Shown: positions 9,457 to 18,784 of the stretch, piece by piece
Position numbering within the stretch: the first letter of the stretch is position 1
How the letters are laid out: each line of letters begins with the position of its first letter
Program-made: the position numbers and the translations under genes
The notes under the pieces: model-generated
The model's database searches: none
Seen by the model: only the letters and a program-made list of their open reading frames with translations
What the model was told of the DNA's origin: nothing
Assembly: GCA_002721165.1 (NCBI GenBank)
Contig: PBJS01000024.1
Span: forward strand, 1,918 to 65,917
Length of the DNA: 64,000 nucleotides
Direction: 5' to 3'
Source: Legionellales bacterium
GTDB lineage: Bacteria > Pseudomonadota > Gammaproteobacteria > Eutrophobiales > Eutrophobiaceae

Positions 9457-9553
9457 TACTTTTTATGACCTTTATATTTTTTACCATATCATAGATTTTA
9501 CTATGTTTTTCCTATTTTTTTGTATAATTCACTGAATTTCATAGGATTTAGTA

Positions 9554-10444
9554 ATGGCAAAACAAAAAGTAACGATGGATGAAATTAAGTGGGGTACACG
9601 GCAACGTCTGCAATATATCGAATTAATGGCGTTTTATGCCGGGGTAATTACGCGAAGTGATATTGCTAAGGCATTCGCTATCTCAGATGCGGCTGCGACT
9701 AAAGATTTAAAATTCTACAGTGAAATCGCACCCGATAATCTGATCTACAAACACAGCGTATTCGGCTTTGTCCCCAGTAGCTCATTTCGTGAGGTCTTCG
9801 CTGATTTATCACCAGCGGTGGCATTATCAATATTTGAAGCAAATTTTATTATCTCAAGCATTCCAAATATTGATAATCATATGTTTGGCATCCCTACTTC
9901 TGGATTAACCTTGCCAAACCGACTACCAAAAAAATCAGTGCTAGCACAAATTACTCGTTCTATATGTAGTAAGAAAAAATTAAAGGTTAGTTACCATTCA
10001 CTAACTGAAAAGGCACAGCCAACGAAAAGAATTATCGAGCCGCATTCGCTCGTCAACACGGGTTTTCGTTGGCATGTCCGCGCCTATAGTGAGGAGAGTT
10101 TTGATTTTCGGGATTTTGTCCTTTCCCGTTTTATAAGTGCAAAATGCCTTGATGATGAAGTCGAATCAAATGAATTATATGATGATGATTGGGTAGAAAT
10201 AATATCACTTGAACTCGCTCCTCATCCGAAACTTATTAAAGAAAAACAGAAAAGTTTACTGCTTGATTACAGTGCTAATAAAAATGTGATCAGCATTAAA
10301 GTAAGACGTGCGCTAATTGGGTACTTACTACAACAACTTTCTGTCGACACCACAATTGATCACTCATTAAATCCAAATAAATATCAACTTATTGTACTTA
10401 ATCGAGATGAAATCGAGCCTTTTGCGAGCTGGGCATTTGATTAG
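9554..10444 (+). CDS. HTH-WYL-WCX family transcriptional regulator (PafBC/DriD/BrxR/CapW-like)
   Basis: The N-terminus is a winged-HTH-like segment (SDIAKAFAISDAAATKDLKFY). The central motif GFRWHVRAYSEESFDFRDFVLSRF matches the WYL domain. A C-terminal extension follows. The gene is divergent from recA. Confidence 0.7.
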   Translation: MAKQKVTMDEIKWGTRQRLQYIELMAFYAGVITRSDIAKAFAISDAAATKDLKFYSEIAPDNLIYKHSVFGFVPSSSFREVFADLSPAVALSIFEANFIISSIPNIDNHMFGIPTSGLTLPNRLPKKSVLAQITRSICSKKKLKVSYHSLTEKAQPTKRIIEPHSLVNTGFRWHVRAYSEESFDFRDFVLSRFISAKCLDDEVESNELYDDDWVEIISLELAPHPKLIKEKQKSLLLDYSANKNVISIKVRRALIGYLLQQLSVDTTIDHSLNPNKYQLIVLNRDEIEPFASWAFD

Positions 10445-10464
10445 TTAACAAGTAGGAGGAAAAA

Positions 10465-10734
10465 ATGAAAGAGTTTTGGTTTACACCTAAAAATTATGGC
10501 AATGGGTTCTACCCTTCTTCTTGGCAAGGATGGTTAATCATCCTAATTGCCCTTGCATTAATTTGTGCAGCTTTTTATCTCAGTAATCCTTTTGAATATA
10601 AAACAACTGAACAAGCCATAAATGATTGGCTACGTTTTATTATCGATTTTATCGTGATTCACACTGTATATTTTGTTCTTGTTAAAGATAGGGTAAAGGG
10701 TGGAGTGAGATGGCGTTGGGGGAAAGAAAATTAA
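10465..10734 (+). CDS. Small hypothetical inner-membrane protein (two predicted TM helices)
   Basis: Strong Shine-Dalgarno AGGAGG 6 nt upstream of the ATG, 20 nt after the WYL gene stop. Hydrophobic segments GWLIILIALALICAAFYL and FIIDFIVIHTVYFVLV. Confidence 0.65.
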   Translation: MKEFWFTPKNYGNGFYPSSWQGWLIILIALALICAAFYLSNPFEYKTTEQAINDWLRFIIDFIVIHTVYFVLVKDRVKGGVRWRWGKEN

Positions 10735-10743
10735 ACAATCTTT

Positions 10744-11241
10744 TTAATCTGAGGTCTTTTGCAGAATATCAAGCAGTCCTTGCATTGCTAAAAGACAAGA
10801 TTGCTCCCTTACTCTTCGACGGTCTCCTTCAAAATGAATGCACGTTGTATTACCACCCTTGTCTCTTTCGCACCATGCAACACAAACTGTCCCAACGGGT
10901 TTTTCTTCACTCCCCCCATCAGGCCCCGCAACTCCTGTAATTGAGACACTAAAATCTGCAGAACTCATATCAAGCGCACCTTTTGCCATAGCAAGCGCTG
11001 TCTCTTCGCTAACGGCACCAAATTCCTCCAGCGTATCAATGGGAACAGCTAAAAGATCCCGTTTTGATTGGTTTGAGTAAGTCACAAACCCGCATTCATA
11101 CCATAACGAACTACCAGGCAGCTGTGTTAAATTCTCTGCTAAGCCACCGCCTGTACATGATTCAGCGGTAACGAGTTTTTTTGAAGCTTTTAAAAATCGT
11201 TCAGCTAACTGTTCAACTAAAACTTGAGTGGCATTCGTCAT
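10744..11241 (-). CDS. pncC: NMN amidohydrolase PncC (CinA C-terminal domain protein, YgaD-like)
   Basis: 165 aa. TAESCTGGGLA and FVTYSN motifs. ITGVAGPDGGSEEKPVGTV aligns closely with E. coli YgaD. Confidence 0.9.
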   Translation of the reverse strand: MTNATQVLVEQLAERFLKASKKLVTAESCTGGGLAENLTQLPGSSLWYECGFVTYSNQSKRDLLAVPIDTLEEFGAVSEETALAMAKGALDMSSADFSVSITGVAGPDGGSEEKPVGTVCVAWCERDKGGNTTCIHFEGDRRRVREQSCLLAMQGLLDILQKTSD

Positions 11242-11699
11242 GACTTTTTTAATCTTTTTTCTTTAAAAAAATTTTTAATTAATGCTTGGCATTCTTTTTC
11301 TAAAACACCTTTTTTAATTTCAGTATTATGGTTTAATTCCTCTGCTTGAATCATATTAAAAACACTACCACATGCGCCTGTTTTTTGATCGTCAACAGCA
11401 TAAACAAGCTTTGCAATACGAGCATGGACCATAGCTCCTGCACACATAACACAAGGTTCAAGCGTGACATACATAGTAGAATCTAAAAGGCGATAGTTGC
11501 CAATTTTTTCTCCCGCATCTTGTAATGCCATAATCTCAGCATGCGCCGTGGGGTTATTTGATGAGATAGGTTGGTTCCAGCCCTCACCAATGATTTTATT
11601 TTTATAAACAATGATGGCGCCAACCGGTACCTCATCCCTCTCTTCAGATTTTTTAGCAAGCTGAAGTGCATATTGCATCCATTCTTCATCAATATTCAT
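11238..11699 (-). CDS. tadA: tRNA-specific adenosine deaminase TadA
   Basis: HAEIMAL and PCVMCAGAM zinc-deaminase motifs. 153 aa. Confidence 0.9.
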   Translation of the reverse strand: MNIDEEWMQYALQLAKKSEERDEVPVGAIIVYKNKIIGEGWNQPISSNNPTAHAEIMALQDAGEKIGNYRLLDSTMYVTLEPCVMCAGAMVHARIAKLVYAVDDQKTGACGSVFNMIQAEELNHNTEIKKGVLEKECQALIKNFFKEKRLKKS

Positions 11700-11714
11700 T
11701 AATTTATTTAATAG

Positions 11715-12446
11715 CTACGCAGATAATTTTTCATTTAACTTGATCTGTTCAGAAAAGCGTTTCTTACTTAATTCAATAAATTTTTTATCTATCTCAATGC
11801 CGATGTATTCTCTATTAGTGCGAATACATGAAACACCTGTTGTACCACTACCATTAAAAGCATCTAACACTAAATCACCCTCATTAGTTACGGCTAAAAT
11901 CAATCTATCTAATAAGGCAATGGGCTTTTGTGTTGGATGTTTATCATAAGTTTTTTCAGACTTGCCTGGTGCCGTCATCACCCACACATCTTTCATTTGT
12001 TTGTCATTATTTATTTCTTTCATCAATTCATAATTAAACTTATGTTTTGATTTAAGATTTTTAGCGGCCCAGATAATCGTTTCCGTACTATGTGTGAAAT
12101 AACGACAAGCTAGATTAGGCGGTGGGTTTGGTTTTTGCCAGGTTATATTGTTTAAAATTTTCATATTAAGTTGCTGCATTGCATAACCAATCGAATAAAT
12201 CACATGAAAAGTGCCGGAGACCATTAATGAACCGTTTGGCTTTAAGATTCTTTGGCATCTTTTTAACCATTCGTAATTAAATTGATGATTAACTTCGGCG
12301 CCATTTGATTTATCCCAATCACCCTTATCGACTTTTACCATGCGTCCATTCTGGCAAGTAATACCACCATTAGACAGAAAATATGGAGGATCGCAAAAAA
12401 TCAGATCAACAAACTCACCCCGCTCCTCGTAGAGTTTATCCATCAC
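11715..12446 (-). CDS. Beta-class N6-adenine DNA methyltransferase, CcrM/M.HinfI/YhdJ family, short form
   Basis: Motif IV DPPY lies N-terminal and motif I FNGSGTTG lies C-terminal. Long stretches align with CcrM (WLK..L...G...V.G..H; NITWQKPNPPPN; HPTQKPIALLDRLILAVTNEGDLVLDAFNGSGTTG). It lacks the CcrM C-terminal domain. Confidence 0.85.
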   Translation of the reverse strand: MMDKLYEERGEFVDLIFCDPPYFLSNGGITCQNGRMVKVDKGDWDKSNGAEVNHQFNYEWLKRCQRILKPNGSLMVSGTFHVIYSIGYAMQQLNMKILNNITWQKPNPPPNLACRYFTHSTETIIWAAKNLKSKHKFNYELMKEINNDKQMKDVWVMTAPGKSEKTYDKHPTQKPIALLDRLILAVTNEGDLVLDAFNGSGTTGVSCIRTNREYIGIEIDKKFIELSKKRFSEQIKLNEKLSA

Positions 12447-12494
12447 TTCTAAACAATTTCCTTCTATGAGTTTGATTTTTTTTACCTATTTTTT

Positions 12495-12800
12495 CTATTT
12501 AATATTTAAGCCTTCTTTTTTTAAAAGACTCTTTTTTTGCTTAATTCCACCTTTACCACTATAACCGCCTAGATAGCCATTTGAGCCAACTACTCTGTGA
12601 CATGGAATTTTAATAGGATATGGATTTTTGCCACAAGCATTAGCAACGGCTCTTATAGCTCTAGGTTTTTTTATAATTCTAGCTAGTTCTTTATAAGTTC
12701 TAACTTCACCTTTTGGGATTTTAGATATTGCCTTCCAAACTTTGACTTGAAACGCAGTGCCCTCTAATATCATCTTTGCCTCTATTCTCTTGCGACACAT
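12495..12800 (-). CDS. Minimal methylated-DNA--protein-cysteine methyltransferase (Ogt/MGMT C-terminal domain only)
   Basis: Active-site PCHRVV motif. TYKELA helix-turn-helix. 101 aa. Low GC and AGA-rich arginine codon usage. Confidence 0.8.
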   Translation of the reverse strand: MCRKRIEAKMILEGTAFQVKVWKAISKIPKGEVRTYKELARIIKKPRAIRAVANACGKNPYPIKIPCHRVVGSNGYLGGYSGKGGIKQKKSLLKKEGLNIK

Positions 12801-12855
12801 AAGTGTATTTCAATTATCTTGATACATAAACCAATATAAAATTATAAACTGGAAA

Positions 12856-13707
12856 ATGAATAAAAAAATACATAGAAAACAAGCTAATATTGACTCTAAA
12901 GTGGTAGAGGACTTTGGTAAAGAGTGGGAAGCATTCAATCAGGAGGCTTTTATCGGCGAAAGCTTAGAGAGTGCGTTTAATCAATACTTTTGTATTTTTC
13001 CTATGGAAAAATTAAATACAAACTCTGTAGGCTTCGATATGGGTTGTGGCAGTGGGCGTTGGGCAAAACTGATTGCTCCAAAAGTAAAACAATTAAACTG
13101 TATTGATCCAAGTAATTTAGCACTAGAACAAGCAAAAAAAAATCTGTCCGAATTCCCAAACTGCAAATTTGAATGCGCTTCAGTTTCAGATAATACTCTC
13201 GAAACCAATTCTCAGGATTTTGGATATTGTTTAGGAGTGTTACATCATATTCCAAATACACTTGAAGGTCTTAAATGTTGTGCTGAAAAAATGAAAAAGG
13301 GGGCGCCTTTCCTTTTATATATGTATTACCGTTTTGATAATAAGCCAATATGGTTTAAGTTTATTTGGAAGTTATCTGATATTTTTCGAAGAGTTATAAG
13401 TAAGCTGCCTTTCCCTATAAAATTATTTGTTTGTTTCGTTATTGCTGTATTTATTTATTACCCTCTTTCAAGATTCTCTTTACTTCTTGAGAAACTTAAA
13501 ATTAACGTTTCAAACATACCACTATCTGACCATCGTAATAAAACTTTTTATGTTTTAAAAACTGATGCATTAGATAGATTTGGAACAAGGTTAGAAAAAA
13601 GATTTACAAAAAATGAAATTCGAGAAATGATGGCTAAAGCGGGATTCAAAGATATTTCATTTAGTAACGGTACTCCTTTTTGGGTAGCAATTGGGACAAA
13701 ATCCTAG
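12856..13707 (+). CDS. Class I SAM-dependent methyltransferase with a hydrophobic C-terminal region, substrate unknown
   Basis: Motif I FDMGCGSGRWAKL and post-II GVLHHIP. Hydrophobic stretch LFVCFVIAVFIYYPL. Low GC. Confidence 0.7.
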   Translation: MNKKIHRKQANIDSKVVEDFGKEWEAFNQEAFIGESLESAFNQYFCIFPMEKLNTNSVGFDMGCGSGRWAKLIAPKVKQLNCIDPSNLALEQAKKNLSEFPNCKFECASVSDNTLETNSQDFGYCLGVLHHIPNTLEGLKCCAEKMKKGAPFLLYMYYRFDNKPIWFKFIWKLSDIFRRVISKLPFPIKLFVCFVIAVFIYYPLSRFSLLLEKLKINVSNIPLSDHRNKTFYVLKTDALDRFGTRLEKRFTKNEIREMMAKAGFKDISFSNGTPFWVAIGTKS

Positions 13708-13717
13708 AGCAATAATC

Positions 13718-15292
13718 TTATTCCCACTCGATTGTTGCTGGTGGTTTACCTGAAATATCATAAGTCACCCTCGATATGCCCTCAACCTCATTAATAATAC
13801 GATTAGAGACTTTTTCTAGAAATTCATAGGGTAAGTGCGCCCAGTGTGCCGTCATAAAATCAACAGTCACAACAGCTCGAAGTGCGATAACGTAATCATA
13901 TTTACGGGTATCCCCCATTACACCGACCGACCTAACGGGTAAGAACACCGAAAAAGCCTGACTAACATCATCGTACAGGTCATGTTCCCTGAGTTCTTCA
14001 ATATAAATATTATCTGCAAGACGCAATAGATCGGCGTATTCTTTTTTTACTTCCCCTAAAATTCTAACCCCCAGTCCCGGCCCAGGAAACGGGTGTCGAT
14101 ACACAAGTGATTTAGGTAACCCAAGTTCTATACCTATTTTTCGAACCTCATCTTTAAATAATTCACGCAGGGGTTCAACTAATTCCATTTTCATATTATC
14201 TGGCAAACCACCGACATTGTGGTGTGATTTTATTACATGCGCCTTACCAGTCTCGACACCTGCCGATTCAATAACATCAGGATAAATAGTACCTTGTGCC
14301 AGCCACTTTGTGTCCTCAAGACTTTTTGCCTGTTCTTCGAAAATCTTGATGAATTCAACACCGATGATTTTACGTTTCTCCTCAGGGTCACTAACCCCTT
14401 TTAGAACTTTTAAGAAACGAGATTCAGCATCAATGCGAATAACATTTATTCCCATGTGTTTAGCAAATGTCTCCATGACCTGGGCAGCTTCATTTAATCT
14501 CAGCAATCCATTATCAACAAATACACAGGTTAATTGCTTGCCAATTGCTTTCTGAAGTAGTGCGGCAACAACAGATGAATCAACACCTCCCGATAAGGCT
14601 AAAAGCACCTTATCGCTACCTACTTTTTCCTTAACACGTGTGATTGAATCATCAACAATCTTCTCAGTTGTCCACAAAGATTGACAGCCAACAATTTCAT
14701 GAAGAAAACGCTCCAATATTTTCATGCCTTGTGTAGTGTGGGTGACTTCAGGATGAAATTGCAGGCCATAGAACTTACGGTCTTCATCTGCCATCGCGGC
14801 AATTGCTGTGTTATCAGTTGAGGCAATTGATTTGAAGCCTTTGGGTAAGGATGCAACTTGGTCACCATGACTCATCCATACGTTTAAAAGACCATGACCC
14901 TCATCATTTGTCTCGTCTTGTATATCTTTAAATAAGTCTGAATGGCCGCGTGCTCTGATTTGTGCATAGCCGAATTCTCTTAGATTTGAACTGACAACCT
15001 TCCCACCAAGTTGCTCAGCCATGGTTTGCATCCCATAACAAATACCTAAAACGGGTCGTCCTATATTGAAAACTAATTCAGGCGCACGAAAGCCATTAAG
15101 AGAAGTAACAGATTCCGGACCACCAGATAAGATGATTGCGCTAGGTTTGAAATCTTTTATTTTTTGATCGTCAATCTCGTAGGAGTGAATTTCACTATAG
15201 ACGCCCGCCTCGCGAACACGTCTTGCTATCAATTGGGTATATTGGGAACCAAAATCAAGAATAAGTATTCTTTCGGAATGAATGTCTGTCAT
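13718..15292 (-). CDS. guaA: GMP synthase (glutamine-hydrolysing)
   Basis: 524 aa. Glutamine amidotransferase N-domain. [11 protein letters not shown] pyrophosphatase motif. C-terminal ...PPATIEWE. Confidence 0.95.
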   Translation of the reverse strand: MTDIHSERILILDFGSQYTQLIARRVREAGVYSEIHSYEIDDQKIKDFKPSAIILSGGPESVTSLNGFRAPELVFNIGRPVLGICYGMQTMAEQLGGKVVSSNLREFGYAQIRARGHSDLFKDIQDETNDEGHGLLNVWMSHGDQVASLPKGFKSIASTDNTAIAAMADEDRKFYGLQFHPEVTHTTQGMKILERFLHEIVGCQSLWTTEKIVDDSITRVKEKVGSDKVLLALSGGVDSSVVAALLQKAIGKQLTCVFVDNGLLRLNEAAQVMETFAKHMGINVIRIDAESRFLKVLKGVSDPEEKRKIIGVEFIKIFEEQAKSLEDTKWLAQGTIYPDVIESAGVETGKAHVIKSHHNVGGLPDNMKMELVEPLRELFKDEVRKIGIELGLPKSLVYRHPFPGPGLGVRILGEVKKEYADLLRLADNIYIEELREHDLYDDVSQAFSVFLPVRSVGVMGDTRKYDYVIALRAVVTVDFMTAHWAHLPYEFLEKVSNRIINEVEGISRVTYDISGKPPATIEWE

Positions 15293-15324
15293 TAAATAAA
15301 ATTTTTTATAAAATTCTCTCTGTC

Positions 15325-15786
15325 CTATTTACCAAAAGATAATGAACCAACAATATTAATGGTACCAACCATACCCATTTCTTCATGATTATCCTTATGA
15401 CAATAAAGTTTTAAATTTTTACCTTTTTTCATAGGATAAAAATACCATTCAACAGTTGAGTTGGGGAATACCTCAATATCATGAATATCGCCGTAAACTT
15501 CAGCTAGTGCTTTACCATTTGGGCCAACGACTTCAATCTTACGGGTATAGATGCGAGTTGCAAAAGCATCGGTGCTAAAGTAATGCGCATTGGGACTTGG
15601 GTTTGATATAACCAGCTTGTAGTGCTTACCGCGTTCGAATGTAAGGTCATTTGGTATGAATACCATCTTGCCATCTTTAGTCCCCGCTTCGACTTTTACC
15701 TCGATTGCTTTACCGCCATGTTTTCTCTCCTCAGAAAATAAAGGTAAAGCAAAGAAAAATAACACTAGATAGGTAATCATTCTCAT
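15325..15786 (-). CDS. Secreted cupredoxin-like (type 1 blue copper) protein
   Basis: Signal peptide [17 protein letters not shown], starting at Met17 of the track ORF with a GGAG Shine-Dalgarno sequence upstream. Plastocyanin/azurin-like ligand pattern: His in PNAHYF, then C-x4-H-x2-M ([12 protein letters not shown]). Confidence 0.65.
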   Translation of the reverse strand: MRMITYLVLFFFALPLFSEERKHGGKAIEVKVEAGTKDGKMVFIPNDLTFERGKHYKLVISNPSPNAHYFSTDAFATRIYTRKIEVVGPNGKALAEVYGDIHDIEVFPNSTVEWYFYPMKKGKNLKLYCHKDNHEEMGMVGTINIVGSLSFGK

Positions 15787-15847
15787 ATTTTTCTTCTCCA
15801 ATAAATAGACCGGTTTATGTTTATCGCATTTCAAATATTATTAAAAT

Positions 15848-17308
15848 TTACATACGATAGTTTGGTGGCTCCTTGGTAATTGCAACATCATGTACGTGGC
15901 TTTCTTTAAATCCAGCGCTTGTTAACCTGACAAATTTTGCTTTATCTCTCATTTCTTCTAAGTTGGTACATCCCGTATAGCCCAATGCCGCTCTGATGCC
16001 GCCACAGAGTTGGTGGATAACTGCATCAAGTGCACCTTTGTAAGGTACACGGCCTTCAATACCTTCGGGTATGAGTTTTTCAACCTCATCATTCTCCTGA
16101 AAATAACGATCCGAAGAGCCGTATTCCTCAGCCATTGCACCTAATGAGCCCATTCCCCTATATGTCTTGTAGGAACGCCCCTGATAAAGCTCAACCTCGC
16201 CAGGCGCTTCCTCTGTTCCAGCAAACAACCCACCAATCATCATGCTGTTTGCTCCAGCTGCAAGTCCTTTCGCCAAATCACCTGAATAACGAACACCGCC
16301 ATCTGATATAACTGGTATACCTTTATTTTTAAGCGCCTTTGCTACGTTTGTTACCGCTGAAACCTGTGGCATACCTACACCACTTACAATTCGTGTCGTA
16401 CAAATTGAACCTGGACCGATTCCAACCTTAACTGCGTCTGCACCTGCCTTAACCAATGCCAATGCAGCATCCGCTGTCGCTATATTCCCGCCAATAATTT
16501 CTGTATCTTTAAAATTTGTTTTTATCCATTTCACCATATCCAACACACCTTTTGAGTGACCATGGGCAGTATCAACAACAATGACATCAACACGAGATTC
16601 AACAAGTTGCTCAACTCGACTCTTTGAAATTTCTCCTACACCAACTGCAGCCCCTACTCTCAAACGCTCAGCCTCATCTAAACAAGCATTTGGATACTCA
16701 GAGGCTTTTTGCATATCTTTGACTGTAATTAATCCTGCAAGCTGAAATTTATTATTTACGACTAAAACTTTTTCAATACGATGTTTATGTAAAAGTGTGC
16801 GAATTTCTTCTTTGGTCGCATGTTCCTGAACGGTAACCAAAGATTCCTTTCTGGTCATAATATTTCTGACAGGATCATCTGTTTTTTCTTCAAAACGCAA
16901 ATCTCGGCTTGTGACAATACCAACGAGGTCATCTCCGTCCACCACAGGAACTCCTGAAATATTTTTTTGTCTGGTTAAATCAATGACCTCTTGAATGCTA
17001 GTGTAAGGAGTAACGGTTACAGGTTCTTGAATGATGCCACTCTCATATTTTTTAACACGGCGAACGTTCTTTGCCTGAAGCTCAGGAGACATATTTTTAT
17101 GAATGATGCCGACACCGCCCTCCTGTGCTAATGCTATTGCCAGCTCTGATTCGGTTACAGTATCCATTGCCGCTGAGACGAGAGGGATATTCATTTTTAT
17201 CTCACGAGTTAGCTGAGTTTCCAATGATGCTTGCCGAGGGAGGATCTCTGAATAATCAGGAACTAGTAAAACATCGTCAAATGTAAGGGCTTCTTCCGTA
17301 ATATTCAT
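15848..17308 (-). CDS. guaB: IMP dehydrogenase
   Basis: 486 aa. Tandem CBS domains. Catalytic [11 protein letters not shown]. Confidence 0.95.
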   Translation of the reverse strand: MNITEEALTFDDVLLVPDYSEILPRQASLETQLTREIKMNIPLVSAAMDTVTESELAIALAQEGGVGIIHKNMSPELQAKNVRRVKKYESGIIQEPVTVTPYTSIQEVIDLTRQKNISGVPVVDGDDLVGIVTSRDLRFEEKTDDPVRNIMTRKESLVTVQEHATKEEIRTLLHKHRIEKVLVVNNKFQLAGLITVKDMQKASEYPNACLDEAERLRVGAAVGVGEISKSRVEQLVESRVDVIVVDTAHGHSKGVLDMVKWIKTNFKDTEIIGGNIATADAALALVKAGADAVKVGIGPGSICTTRIVSGVGMPQVSAVTNVAKALKNKGIPVISDGGVRYSGDLAKGLAAGANSMMIGGLFAGTEEAPGEVELYQGRSYKTYRGMGSLGAMAEEYGSSDRYFQENDEVEKLIPEGIEGRVPYKGALDAVIHQLCGGIRAALGYTGCTNLEEMRDKAKFVRLTSAGFKESHVHDVAITKEPPNYRM

Positions 17309-17419
17309 GACAAGACCCTGTATTGGATTTAAAATAGCCGTGCATTATAGTCCGAACTTTGATAACGGCAAGTCCGTCTTGTAATTTATTTCCAATTTTC
17401 TTCAATTAAAAAATAGAAA

Positions 17420-18784
17420 ATGGCCAAAACTAGATCAAATAATACGGTTCCAACGACCGAAGACATCTACACAATTAGTCGTCTAAATCATGAAGTCAGG
17501 CAACTTCTGGAGGAGGTATTCCCAGTGGTCTGGGTAGAAGGTGAGATTTCTAACCTAGCCAAACCAGCTTCGGGCCATTTTTATTTCACCCTAAAGGACG
17601 ATAATGCTCAGGTAAGATGTGCTTTTTTCAAGAATAGGCACGCTAATTTGAGCTTTGACCTTGATAATGGACAAAAGGTACTCGCGAAAGCAAATGTTGG
17701 ACTCTACGAGGGGCGTGGTGAATATCAACTTATTATCGAACAAATAGAACCAGCAGGTGCTGGAGCACTGCAAATCGCATTCGATGCCCTAAAACAAAAA
17801 CTTGCTGCCGAGGGATTATTTGATGAAAAACATAAAAAAGACCTTCCAATATACCCTAAAACAATCGGCATTATCACTTCTGCGACGGGTGCCGCCATTC
17901 GCGACATTTTAAGTATTTTGAAACGTCGCTACCCGCTTGGCAACCTTGTGATCTATCCCGTCCCCGTACAAGGAGAAGATGCTGCTGCCACGATAGCAAA
18001 AAAAATAAAAGTTGCTGAAAAAAGAAATGAGTGCGACTTACTTATTCTTACACGTGGAGGGGGATCACTAGAGGATTTATGGGCATTTAATGAAGAAATT
18101 GTTGCGCGAGCAATATTTGATATCAACACACCAATTATCAGTGGTATCGGTCATGAAATTGATTTTACAATCGCAGATTTTGTCGTCGACTTAAGGGCTG
18201 CAACACCATCAGCAGCAGCAGAATTAGCAACACCAGATATTAATGAAGTGATACAAAAATTAAGTAATCGTGAAAAACAATTGATACGTTTTCAAAAACA
18301 AATCATAGAAAACTTTAAAAATTATGTTGAAATTTTTTTCAGGAAGCTTCCACAACCTAGTCAAAAACTATTTGAGCTGATACAACGTACTGATGAATAT
18401 TCTATGCGCCTTAAGTACAATATCGAAAAAAAGATGACATCCGAAAAAATTATGCTTACAGAAATAAATAATAATCTTGAAAAATTAAACCCTATCCAAG
18501 TTATCATTAAACAACTTGATTATATAAAGAATTTGAATACCCGGTTTAATGGGGCAGTTACTTTATATTTTGAAAAAACAAAAAATAAAATATTAAGAAT
18601 AGATGATATATTAAAATCAATTAGTCCTATTTCAACTTTAGATAGAGGTTATGCAATCGTCACTGATCGTAAAACTAAAAAAATCATTAAAAATGCCAAT
18701 CATTTAAAAATAGGCAAAAAAATACATGTGAAATTAGCAAGTTCGGAAATTGATTCAACAGTGGATAAAATTTATGAAAAATAG
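17420..18784 (+). CDS. xseA: Exodeoxyribonuclease VII large subunit
   Basis: 454 aa. N-terminal OB fold. Divergent from guaB, as in E. coli. Confidence 0.9.
   Translation: MAKTRSNNTVPTTEDIYTISRLNHEVRQLLEEVFPVVWVEGEISNLAKPASGHFYFTLKDDNAQVRCAFFKNRHANLSFDLDNGQKVLAKANVGLYEGRGEYQLIIEQIEPAGAGALQIAFDALKQKLAAEGLFDEKHKKDLPIYPKTIGIITSATGAAIRDILSILKRRYPLGNLVIYPVPVQGEDAAATIAKKIKVAEKRNECDLLILTRGGGSLEDLWAFNEEIVARAIFDINTPIISGIGHEIDFTIADFVVDLRAATPSAAAELATPDINEVIQKLSNREKQLIRFQKQIIENFKNYVEIFFRKLPQPSQKLFELIQRTDEYSMRLKYNIEKKMTSEKIMLTEINNNLEKLNPIQVIIKQLDYIKNLNTRFNGAVTLYFEKTKNKILRIDDILKSISPISTLDRGYAIVTDRKTKKIIKNANHLKIGKKIHVKLASSEIDSTVDKIYEK

Noticed and set aside
9391-9553. LexA/SOS box upstream of recA
   Set aside because: Searched by eye for CTGT-N8-ACAG and found neither half-site. 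This absence is reported as a finding instead.
12447-12494. A restriction endonuclease partner for the CcrM-like methylase
   Set aside because: Flanking genes are tadA and an MGMT-like alkyltransferase, and there is no room for an endonuclease. The methylase is treated as an orphan.
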